DNA from: Myxococcota bacterium
Lineage (GTDB): Bacteria > Myxococcota_C > UBA6777
Direction of reading: 5' to 3'
NCBI GenBank assembly: GCA_023150835.1
Contig: JAKLKB010000061.1
Location: 1 to 35,254, forward strand
DNA: 35,254 nt
The first letter of the stretch is position 1. Each line of letters opens with the position of its first letter. The notes under the pieces were generated by a model that was given only the letters and a program-made list of their open reading frames with translations, was not told the DNA's origin and searched no databases. Positions 27,910-35,254 of the stretch are shown in pieces. The translations under genes and the position numbers were made by a program.

Positions 27910-28464
27910 ATGTCAGCGAGAAGATGGTGTTTGTGGGTGGTTTGTAGCGTGGGGTTGTTGTGTGGGATCCGCTCGGTGGCATGGGCTGAAACGGAAAAAG
28001 AAAAAGAAGCCCGCGACAAGATGATCAAAGAAAAAGCTCAGCAAGACGAGCTTTTTGATGTGAACTTTATGAAGGTGTATCGTGAAGCCCAAATCAAATT
28101 CATCCAGCAATCTTATGATCAAGTGATCGGGATGACGCAAAACTTGTTGCGGATGCGCAAGTCCGCACGTGCGATGTTTTTGATGGCGACCGCTTACAAG
28201 GCCAAGGGGCTTTATCCCCGCGCCATCGACCTTTTCCAACAAGCCGCAGGGACGTTCGACGACAAGAGCCAATTTTACGAAAAAGCGCAGTCTCTGTACA
28301 ATGTTGCGTTTTGTTATGAACTCTCGAAGAATCGGGCGCAAGCGATCTCTGGTTGGCAGCTTTATATCAACTTTGCTAACAATTATCCCCAAGAATCCGC
28401 CAGTGTCGCCTTTGCTCGCGCTCGCATCGAGCTACTCAACAGCATCAAAGACAAAGCCCCCTGA
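27910..28464 (+). CDS. Exported tetratricopeptide-repeat protein
   Basis: Signal peptide ending AWA, TPR motifs AMFLMATAYKAKGLYPRAIDLFQQA and SLYNVAFCYE...AI..WQ.YI..YP. Confidence 0.8.
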   Translation: MSARRWCLWVVCSVGLLCGIRSVAWAETEKEKEARDKMIKEKAQQDELFDVNFMKVYREAQIKFIQQSYDQVIGMTQNLLRMRKSARAMFLMATAYKAKGLYPRAIDLFQQAAGTFDDKSQFYEKAQSLYNVAFCYELSKNRAQAISGWQLYINFANNYPQESASVAFARARIELLNSIKDKAP

Positions 28465-28540
28465 TTTGTTTGCTGTGTTTTTTGGATCGCCGTAGGAGGG
28501 AGGGAGTAGGTCAAGACATCCGATGGTTGGGAGCCTCGGA

Positions 28541-29470
28541 TCAATCGCCGTAGGAAGGGGGGGCAGGGGAGTAGCGAGAAGGCGGAAAATAGGGAGGTGT
28601 GTGAGGGGGAGGGATGATGATCGGGCGTGGTCGGTAGTGGTAGGGACGGCAGTAACGTGTAAAGATGCCGGTGTTTTGGAAGCCTGCGCAATTGTTGTAG
28701 CGGAGGGCGAGTTGCCATGTGGGGGCCATCGAAGCGCGGCGGAAGGTGGTAAAGACAGAAGGGGCGTGTTGGTGCTCGCCATAAGCGGTGCCAAGGCCGG
28801 GCTGATGTGGGGGGCGGAAGGGGCGTCGCCAGCGGTGGTAGGGCATACCTGCTGCGGATTTGGCGCGAGAGGGAGCGGGTTCGCGGTCGGCGTCTCGGGT
28901 TGCAGGTTGTCGTTGTTCTTCGGCGCGTCCGTCGTGTGCGCCGCGACGGAAGGGGACAGGATGCGGGTGTGGGATATAGGCGATGGGTTGGTGTTCACGG
29001 AAGACAGAGACACGGATCGAGCCGATGTCGTAGAGCGGACCGCCCATCCTTGCGGCATAAGAAGACGATATCGAGGAGAAACGGAAAGCTGCCACGCTGT
29101 GCTGACTGGTGCGAAAGCCCGTGATATCGACATAAGCATACGGGTTCAGCACGTACCCGCGATGGATATCGGGGCGTGTGGGTTGCCCGTTGATCACATC
29201 GCGTCCGTCCACAGCAGTCACGACTTCGATGCGTTGGTTGGTGAGGTTGCGGATCAAGATCGAGTAGGGTTGTCCGCGTCGTCCAAGCACGAATATCTGG
29301 CCGTGATGCCAGAAGTGAGGGAGGGAGCTTCCGTGACTGCGCAGTTGCACGCTTACCGCTCCAAGGGAGACTTCGCCTCCGCTGCCTGCGATCCGTGCGG
29401 TGGCACAGCCAAGTTGAGGCCAAAAAAGCAAGGTGCCTGTGAACAAAAAGAAACGTAAGAGTGTTGACAT
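28541..29470 (-). CDS. Conserved hypothetical exported protein or lipoprotein
   Basis: Lipobox-like QLGC, beta-rich core G..YSILIRN....RIEVV..VDGRDVING...GY...I.GFR......AF.F, GLGTAYGE, and a Pro-rich tail. GGAG RBS. Confidence 0.75.
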   Translation of the reverse strand: MSTLLRFFLFTGTLLFWPQLGCATARIAGSGGEVSLGAVSVQLRSHGSSLPHFWHHGQIFVLGRRGQPYSILIRNLTNQRIEVVTAVDGRDVINGQPTRPDIHRGYVLNPYAYVDITGFRTSQHSVAAFRFSSISSSYAARMGGPLYDIGSIRVSVFREHQPIAYIPHPHPVPFRRGAHDGRAEEQRQPATRDADREPAPSRAKSAAGMPYHRWRRPFRPPHQPGLGTAYGEHQHAPSVFTTFRRASMAPTWQLALRYNNCAGFQNTGIFTRYCRPYHYRPRPIIIPPPHTPPYFPPSRYSPAPPSYGD

Positions 29471-29634
29471 GGTTTGTATTTCTCCGCATAGAGTGGTATC
29501 CAAAACTGCCTCGTCTTATACGAACGCTCAACAAAAAAGATCTTTACAGGGGTCGAGCCAAAAATTGTGCGGGTGGTGTGCGCCTCTCGAAGTCCGCGGT
29601 TGAGCGCGTTGTGCAACGTGTTAGGAAAAGCAAG

Positions 29635-32600
29635 ATGGAAAACCAAAATCTGGGTGGCTCGGTGTCGTCGTTCTCATCGTTGGAGATCTGTGGCTTGTGC
29701 GGCCATGCAAACCCGCTGGATCAGCGGTTTTGCGGTCAATGTGGTGCGGAATTAAAGGCGTATCTCCAACGGATGCGGGAAGTTCAGCGTGGGACGCAAG
29801 AAGGCCCCCAGATCCAAGTGACCTTTTTGTACGGCGTGTTTGGGGAGTCCGAGGGAGGCGTTCGAGACGCCGAGACGTTGGACAAGCTGCGCAAGCGGTT
29901 GATGGGGCGTTTTCGTTTGGTGGTGACAGAGCGAGGAGCCAAGTTCGAAGACATGGGGCGCGGTCGTTTTAGTGCGACGTTGGGGATTCAAGATCCGACC
30001 GAAGAAGATCCACTTGACGCGGTGACGTTGGGGTTGAAGCTGCTGCGCTTGTCTGCGGTGGCTCCGCAACTTCCGCCGCTACGCCTTGCTGCAACGACGG
30101 GGCGCATCGCGAAGGCGTCCATTGAAAAGCCTTTGGCCCAAGAACAAGACGCCGAAGAGATCGTGGGTGGGCATGGCCTATTGCGCCTTGCAAGTAAGGT
30201 GGTTTGGCATTGTCCTGTGGGTGGTTTGCTGGTGGATGGTCTGACCTATCGGATGATCCGAGACACCCATCGCTGCAAGCGATTTCGTTTGGGCGGCGGG
30301 GTGCTGTCTTCGACCGCCTTTTATGAGGTGGAAAGCTCGGTCGATGCGGCGGGTGCATCCTACGATCCTCCGCTGGTTGGGCGAGATCGCGAGATGGCGC
30401 GGATGGTGCGCGTGTTCGAGCGCGTCGAAGTGGGAGAGGGGCCGATCTTTTTTACGCTGACAGGAGAACTGGGGATTGGAAAGACGCGCTTGTTGACGGC
30501 GTTTCAACAGCAGATCTCTGGTCGGGCGATGCTGTTTCGCAACCCCCGTGAGCGCCGTCGAATCGACCGATGGCGTCGCACTCCTTACTCCTATTTTGCC
30601 GAGATCTTGCGGGCCTTTTTCGAGATCTACGAAAACGAAGAGGACGAACTCAGCCGCCAAAAACTGGTGCAAGGGATCTTGAGTACCACCACCGAACAAA
30701 GTGATGGCCGCTTGCGCGAAATGACCCATCTGATCGGGCTTTTGTGCCAAGTCGACTTTCCAGACTCCCCCTACATCGACGCCGAACGCGAAGATCCCAC
30801 TCAACTCGAACGCCGCGCTTTTACGGCCCTCACCAACTATCTTGAACGCGCTGCAACCCGCCGCCCCATCGTCTTTTTGCTCGACAACTTGTATTCGGCG
30901 GATACTTCCTCGATCCGCTTGTTGAAGCATCTTGCCCAGTATCTCGAAAGCGCGCCTGTCTTGTTTGTGTGTGCTTCGCGCAGCTCGCTGTTGGCGCAGC
31001 TTGAAGAAGAAGCCTCGCTGATCTTGCCGGGTGAACGGCTGACTTTGCGCCCACTTTCCGAAGAGGCCGCTCGCAAGATGCTCAGCAGCCTTTTGCCTGA
31101 GCGCGCCCAACTTTCTCAAGACGCGATCACTCGGGTCTTGTCGATCGCCGAAGGCAATCCCTTCTTTTTGCGTGAGTGCTTGCGTGATCTCCATGAACAA
31201 GGTCTGTCCGCGCTGACCGCAGAAGGGGGGGCCGATCAGATCGATATCCCGGGAAGCATCGAAGGCATCTTGCAAGCGCGGATATCTCGACTGCAACCCG
31301 ATGAGCGCGATATCTTACAAAAGGCCGCTGTTTTCGGTAAAAGCTTTTGGCGCGGCGGCGTCGAGATGTTGTTGCGCTACGAAGGCGAGATCAAACCCGG
31401 ATGGCGCGTGGCCGATGGAGTGCTGCTTGATCGCGACGATGACGCCGAAGATATCTTGACGCGCCTAGAAGCCCAAGGCGTCGTCCAGATGAATCATGCC
31501 ACCACCTTCGACGGCGAGGCGCAGTACAGTTTTGTCCCGAGCCTGCTTCAAGAACTGGTCTACCAAGAACTCCCCGAAAAGCTATTGCCTGCCTACCATC
31601 GACTCGCTGCGCAATGGTTGGAACTGGTCGCCCGCAACAAACACCAAGATCTCGGTGCAGATATCGCCCATCATCTGGAGCTTGGCGAACTTTCCTCGCG
31701 TGCGGCGTTGTACTGGCTTGAACTCGGCCAGCGCGCAGTCAAGGCTTTTTCCCTTGATTCCGCCATCGAATACCTCGAAAAAGCCCTGAAACATCTCGAT
31801 GGGACGCTTTCACATAAGCGCGTCGAAGGCTTGCGCTCCCTCGCCGAAGCCCACCTCCAACAAGGCCGTTATCCCGAGTCTATGCGCTGCTTTGAACAAT
31901 TGTTGAGCTTGTCTTGGCAGATGGGGCAACGCGTCCTTGCTGCCGAAGTCTACACCCGCATGGGATGGGTCGCCTTTTTGATGCGAGACTTTGACAAGTC
32001 CCTCGATCTGCTCAAAAACGGCCATTGTTTGCACCAAGAAAGCGACTACATCCGAGGCGTCGCAATGGCGCTTTCGCACATGGGAAAAGTCTACACCGTC
32101 TTGGGCGATTACGTTCAGGCCCGTCTCTACCTTCAAGAAGCCTTGGATATCCGACGCCAACTTGAACACGCAGGAGACCTTGCTTGGACGCTCAACGATG
32201 TCGGCAACCTGTATTTTGAACAAGGCGAACTGGCCGAAGCGCGGCGCTATCACCAAGAGTCGTTGGAGATCCGCCGCCGACTCGGACATACCCCGCAGCT
32301 TTTGCAGTCGATGAATAACCTTGCGCTGCTGCATGTCGCCCGTGGCGATTATGATGCCGCACTCTCCGAGCTTTTGGATATCTTGGAACTGGCCGAAAAA
32401 ACCGGCGATAAACTGGCCTTGGCGGTGGTCTTGGCAAACTTGGGCGAAGTCTACCTCTTACAAGGCGAATTGAATGCTTCCGCTCAACATCTCGAACGCG
32501 CCATCCAGACCGCAGGAAAGCTCAGCGATACCCTGATCTTGGCGGAGTGTTATCGGTTGTATGGTGAACTGGCCTTGGAGCGCGAAGCCCCCTTGGTTGC

Positions 32601-35254
32601 GTTGGATTGCTGCGGCACGGCCTATCGTTTGGTCACCGAACGCGGTATCCGCTCCGCGATGGCCGCGATCTATCGCTTGATGGGTCAAGCCTTCGCCGCG
32701 ATCTCGCCCGATCTTCTCGCCCGTGAACGTCACGTCGATGGTGAACGCAAGCATCTCCCCTCTGAGTTCTTTGGCCAAGCCCGCGCTTGTTTGGAAGAGT
32801 CCATCGCAACAGCCCGTAGCCACGGCAATACTCGCGAAGAAGCCAAAAGCCGCCTCGAACTGGGCGTCTTTGAAGCCGAACAAGGAAGCATCGCACGTGG
32901 CCGTTATCAGGTCGAACAAGCCCGATCGATCTTTGCTCGTCTTGGCATGGAGTTCTATCGGCAGCTTGCCGAACGTATGCTGGAGGATATCGACGCCTAC
33001 CAACAAGACGAAGATCGCCCCGTCGATGTCGAGCAAGACAACAACTCCCCCTCCCCAAACCCTGCCGCACAAACCATCCAATTCCGCCTGTCCTTCGACG
33101 ACAACGAGCTTGGACCCGCCCCCACTCCCGCCGAAGATCTCGGCGACGAAGGCGATATCGGCGCTCTGATGGAACAAGCCTCCTCAGGGCTGTTGCCCGC
33201 CGTTGTCCGAAAAACACGACCCCAACACGCCAGCGATACCGCTGAGTCTCTCGCCCCCAAAGAGGCCCCCCCTCGCGACAAAACCAATGCCTCCCTCCAA
33301 ACCCAAGAGGCCCCCCCCCGCGACAAAACCAACGCCTCCCTCCAAACCCAAGAGGCCGAAACGCCCACACAAAAAAACACCGAAGCATGGGTCCAAGACA
33401 GCGACACCCTGCTTGCTTTGAGCAACACCAAACAACCCCCCCACGATGACGCCGACGGTGACGCCGACGATGACGCCGAACAAACCGTGTCCTTGATGGC
33501 TGATGATCTAGAACAATCTGATGATCCCGATGATCCCGATGCGCCGACTCAATTCGCTCCGTCCAAGGCATCCGCTCCGTCCAAGGCGTCCGCTCCGTCC
33601 AAGGCGTCCGCTCCGTCCAAGGCATCCGATCCGCCCAACGTATCTGATCCGCCCAATGTGTCCGATGAGGGTGAGATCGGCAAAGCCACTCCCCTCCACG
33701 ATGTTGCTTTGCTTTCATCTGCCTCCTCTATCTCCAATGCCCCCCTACGCCTTCCCCCGCCCTCTTCTCTCAAAAAAGATCCCCACGCCTACGAAGACCT
33801 TGAAACCAATCTTCACCTCAAACCAAGCAACGAAGCCCTCTTGCCCGAAGACCATTATCCCCTTGAAGCCCTTGGCCATGCGCCTTCTTTCTCCGAAAAT
33901 CAACGCGAAAAGTCCACCACCACCGCTGTCTCCCAAACCTCCGAAGAACTCCCGAGCATCGACGATGAAAAAGAGATCCCCGAAAAAACCATGGTCGCTC
34001 CCGTCCATGTCGTCGAAGCCCTCGCCCAAGCCAGCGCCCGCGATACCACCGAACGCAGCCTCTCCGAAAAAAAGGACGCCTTGGTCGATGCCTTCTCGGA
34101 TGCCGATCACGACGACGAGTGGACCGAACGAAAAACCATGCGGGTACAAGGTCTCCCCGCATCGCCTACAACACCCGCGATCTCCACAACTCCTGCCACT
34201 TCCACAACTCCCGCAATCTCCACAACTCCCGTAACCACCGCACCATCCACAGCAAAGGCCCCTTCGACTTCCGCACCATCCACAGCAAAGGCCCCTTCGA
34301 CTTCCGCACCATCCACAGCAAAAGCCCCTTCGACTTCCGCATCTTCCTCCTCAAATCCGCCTACAGCCATCGCACCCTCCGCCGCAAAGTCATCCTCTTC
34401 CCCTCAAACGGTGCGGCCCTCGTCCTCCGATATCCCACAGCTCTCCGTGAAAACCACTCCCTCCACAGGTGCCCCCTCCAACCCCACCAAACCAAGCCCG
34501 ACCCCTCCCACCAAAGATGCCGCCTCCACAAGATTGCCGTTCCCGATGCTGTCAAACCCCAGTCTGCCCGGTGTCCTCAACCCCGCCCACTCTGTCCCCG
34601 AGATGCCCAGCGTCGGTCAATGGAACCCCGCTCACTCTATCCCCGAGATGCCCGGAATCATCGCTCCCCAAGATTCGCTCTCTTCCTCCGCTGACCGCCC
34701 CGCCGCCCGCCCCCTCCCCGGAACTCCCTCTTATGACGATCTCCCCGGATGGATCGCCCCCGAAGAACAAAAACACCTCCCCCACATGGGCGGCAAACTG
34801 CCCTTCCCTAGCCTTTCGCGTACTGATCTCCCCGCGATCCCCCCTCCGTCGATGATCTCGCAGCCCACACAACCCCCTCTCCCTTCCCGTACAAAAGAAA
34901 GCACTCCTCCTGCCGCAACCGCCGTCCCCTCGGCTTCTTCTCCTTCCGCTCAAGATGCACCCACCAAAAAAACCGATAGCTACCCCCCCGAAGAAATATT
35001 CTGGTCCCAAAGCTCCGAAAAGATCGAATCCTTCGCCGTCGAAGAAGATCCCCGCTGGCAACAAAAAGCACCCCAAGAAGTCCAACCCCTCCCCCCCAAA
35101 CCCAAAGTCGCCCCCCCACCGCCTCCCCCACAAGCCCTCAAAGCCCGTCGTTCGGGTACTCCCGCACACGGTGAACCCCTCCTCTCCGCCTCTTCTACCC
35201 CCGCCCATGGCCAAGATGCCCTCCTGTCCCCACCCCCCTCCTCCGATGATATCA
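29635..35254 (+). CDS. Very large signalling protein (3' partial, >1870 aa): zinc ribbon, degenerate class III cyclase-like domain, AAA/STAND ATPase, TPRs, and a long acidic/Pro/Ser disordered tail
   Basis: Manual translation from ATG 29635 gives CGLCGHAN....RFCGQCG, PPLVGRDRE, Walker A GELGIGKT (30463-30486), Walker B VFLLDNLYSAD, AEGNPFF, IPGSIEGILQARISRL, and TPRs at about 31700-32990. The frame was open wherever I translated it, including the window end, which explains its absence from the ORF track. Confidence 0.9.
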   Translation, partial: MENQNLGGSVSSFSSLEICGLCGHANPLDQRFCGQCGAELKAYLQRMREVQRGTQEGPQIQVTFLYGVFGESEGGVRDAETLDKLRKRLMGRFRLVVTERGAKFEDMGRGRFSATLGIQDPTEEDPLDAVTLGLKLLRLSAVAPQLPPLRLAATTGRIAKASIEKPLAQEQDAEEIVGGHGLLRLASKVVWHCPVGGLLVDGLTYRMIRDTHRCKRFRLGGGVLSSTAFYEVESSVDAAGASYDPPLVGRDREMARMVRVFERVEVGEGPIFFTLTGELGIGKTRLLTAFQQQISGRAMLFRNPRERRRIDRWRRTPYSYFAEILRAFFEIYENEEDELSRQKLVQGILSTTTEQSDGRLREMTHLIGLLCQVDFPDSPYIDAEREDPTQLERRAFTALTNYLERAATRRPIVFLLDNLYSADTSSIRLLKHLAQYLESAPVLFVCASRSSLLAQLEEEASLILPGERLTLRPLSEEAARKMLSSLLPERAQLSQDAITRVLSIAEGNPFFLRECLRDLHEQGLSALTAEGGADQIDIPGSIEGILQARISRLQPDERDILQKAAVFGKSFWRGGVEMLLRYEGEIKPGWRVADGVLLDRDDDAEDILTRLEAQGVVQMNHATTFDGEAQYSFVPSLLQELVYQELPEKLLPAYHRLAAQWLELVARNKHQDLGADIAHHLELGELSSRAALYWLELGQRAVKAFSLDSAIEYLEKALKHLDGTLSHKRVEGLRSLAEAHLQQGRYPESMRCFEQLLSLSWQMGQRVLAAEVYTRMGWVAFLMRDFDKSLDLLKNGHCLHQESDYIRGVAMALSHMGKVYTVLGDYVQARLYLQEALDIRRQLEHAGDLAWTLNDVGNLYFEQGELAEARRYHQESLEIRRRLGHTPQLLQSMNNLALLHVARGDYDAALSELLDILELAEKTGDKLALAVVLANLGEVYLLQGELNASAQHLERAIQTAGKLSDTLILAECYRLYGELALEREAPLVALDCCGTAYRLVTERGIRSAMAAIYRLMGQAFAAISPDLLARERHVDGERKHLPSEFFGQARACLEESIATARSHGNTREEAKSRLELGVFEAEQGSIARGRYQVEQARSIFARLGMEFYRQLAERMLEDIDAYQQDEDRPVDVEQDNNSPSPNPAAQTIQFRLSFDDNELGPAPTPAEDLGDEGDIGALMEQASSGLLPAVVRKTRPQHASDTAESLAPKEAPPRDKTNASLQTQEAPPRDKTNASLQTQEAETPTQKNTEAWVQDSDTLLALSNTKQPPHDDADGDADDDAEQTVSLMADDLEQSDDPDDPDAPTQFAPSKASAPSKASAPSKASAPSKASDPPNVSDPPNVSDEGEIGKATPLHDVALLSSASSISNAPLRLPPPSSLKKDPHAYEDLETNLHLKPSNEALLPEDHYPLEALGHAPSFSENQREKSTTTAVSQTSEELPSIDDEKEIPEKTMVAPVHVVEALAQASARDTTERSLSEKKDALVDAFSDADHDDEWTERKTMRVQGLPASPTTPAISTTPATSTTPAISTTPVTTAPSTAKAPSTSAPSTAKAPSTSAPSTAKAPSTSASSSSNPPTAIAPSAAKSSSSPQTVRPSSSDIPQLSVKTTPSTGAPSNPTKPSPTPPTKDAASTRLPFPMLSNPSLPGVLNPAHSVPEMPSVGQWNPAHSIPEMPGIIAPQDSLSSSADRPAARPLPGTPSYDDLPGWIAPEEQKHLPHMGGKLPFPSLSRTDLPAIPPPSMISQPTQPPLPSRTKESTPPAATAVPSASSPSAQDAPTKKTDSYPPEEIFWSQSSEKIESFAVEEDPRWQQKAPQEVQPLPPKPKVAPPPPPPQALKARRSGTPAHGEPLLSASSTPAHGQDALLSPPPSSDDI
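33260..34341. repeat. In-frame tandem repeats in the disordered tail: 45 bp x2 (33260-33357), 18 bp x4 (33555-33626), 33 bp x3 (34238-34341)
   Basis: They encode EAPPRDKTNASLQTQ, APSKAS and APSTAKAPSTS repeats. Confidence 0.88.

Noticed and set aside
30178-33718. Minus-strand ORFs (372, 174, 239 and 361 aa)
   Set aside because: Antisense shadows of the large plus-strand STAND gene.

Overview
35 kb of ~55% GC bacterial chromosome. Gene content (Ig-like/VWA lipoprotein, STAND-TPR proteins, APCC-type CcmH) suggests a Myxococcota-like organism; this is inference. It holds about 21 protein genes and tRNA-Ser(UGA). Metabolic and housekeeping genes include a PmtA-like methyltransferase, aat, a KynB-like cyclase, kynU, a dual-specificity phosphatase, a thioredoxin fusion, a GT1 glycosyltransferase, a YqiA-like esterase, a COG2403 P-loop enzyme, yhhN and add. 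There is also a minus-strand tlpA-ccmH-(clan CD protease/PDZ/Trx) cluster and a >1870-aa zinc-ribbon/cyclase-like/AAA/TPR gene that is missing from the ORF track because it runs off the right edge. Most notable: (1) an intact integron-integrase homolog whose catalytic Tyr and His residues are replaced, with no visible attC array; (2) two families of short dispersed intergenic repeats, one a TIR-bounded MITE carrying a GTAG-REP hairpin that is tandemly amplified at the window start; (3) a single in-frame TAA splitting a large surface lipoprotein gene; (4) strong GATC over-representation and kb-scale G/C skew switches. All calls are by eye, with no database searches.
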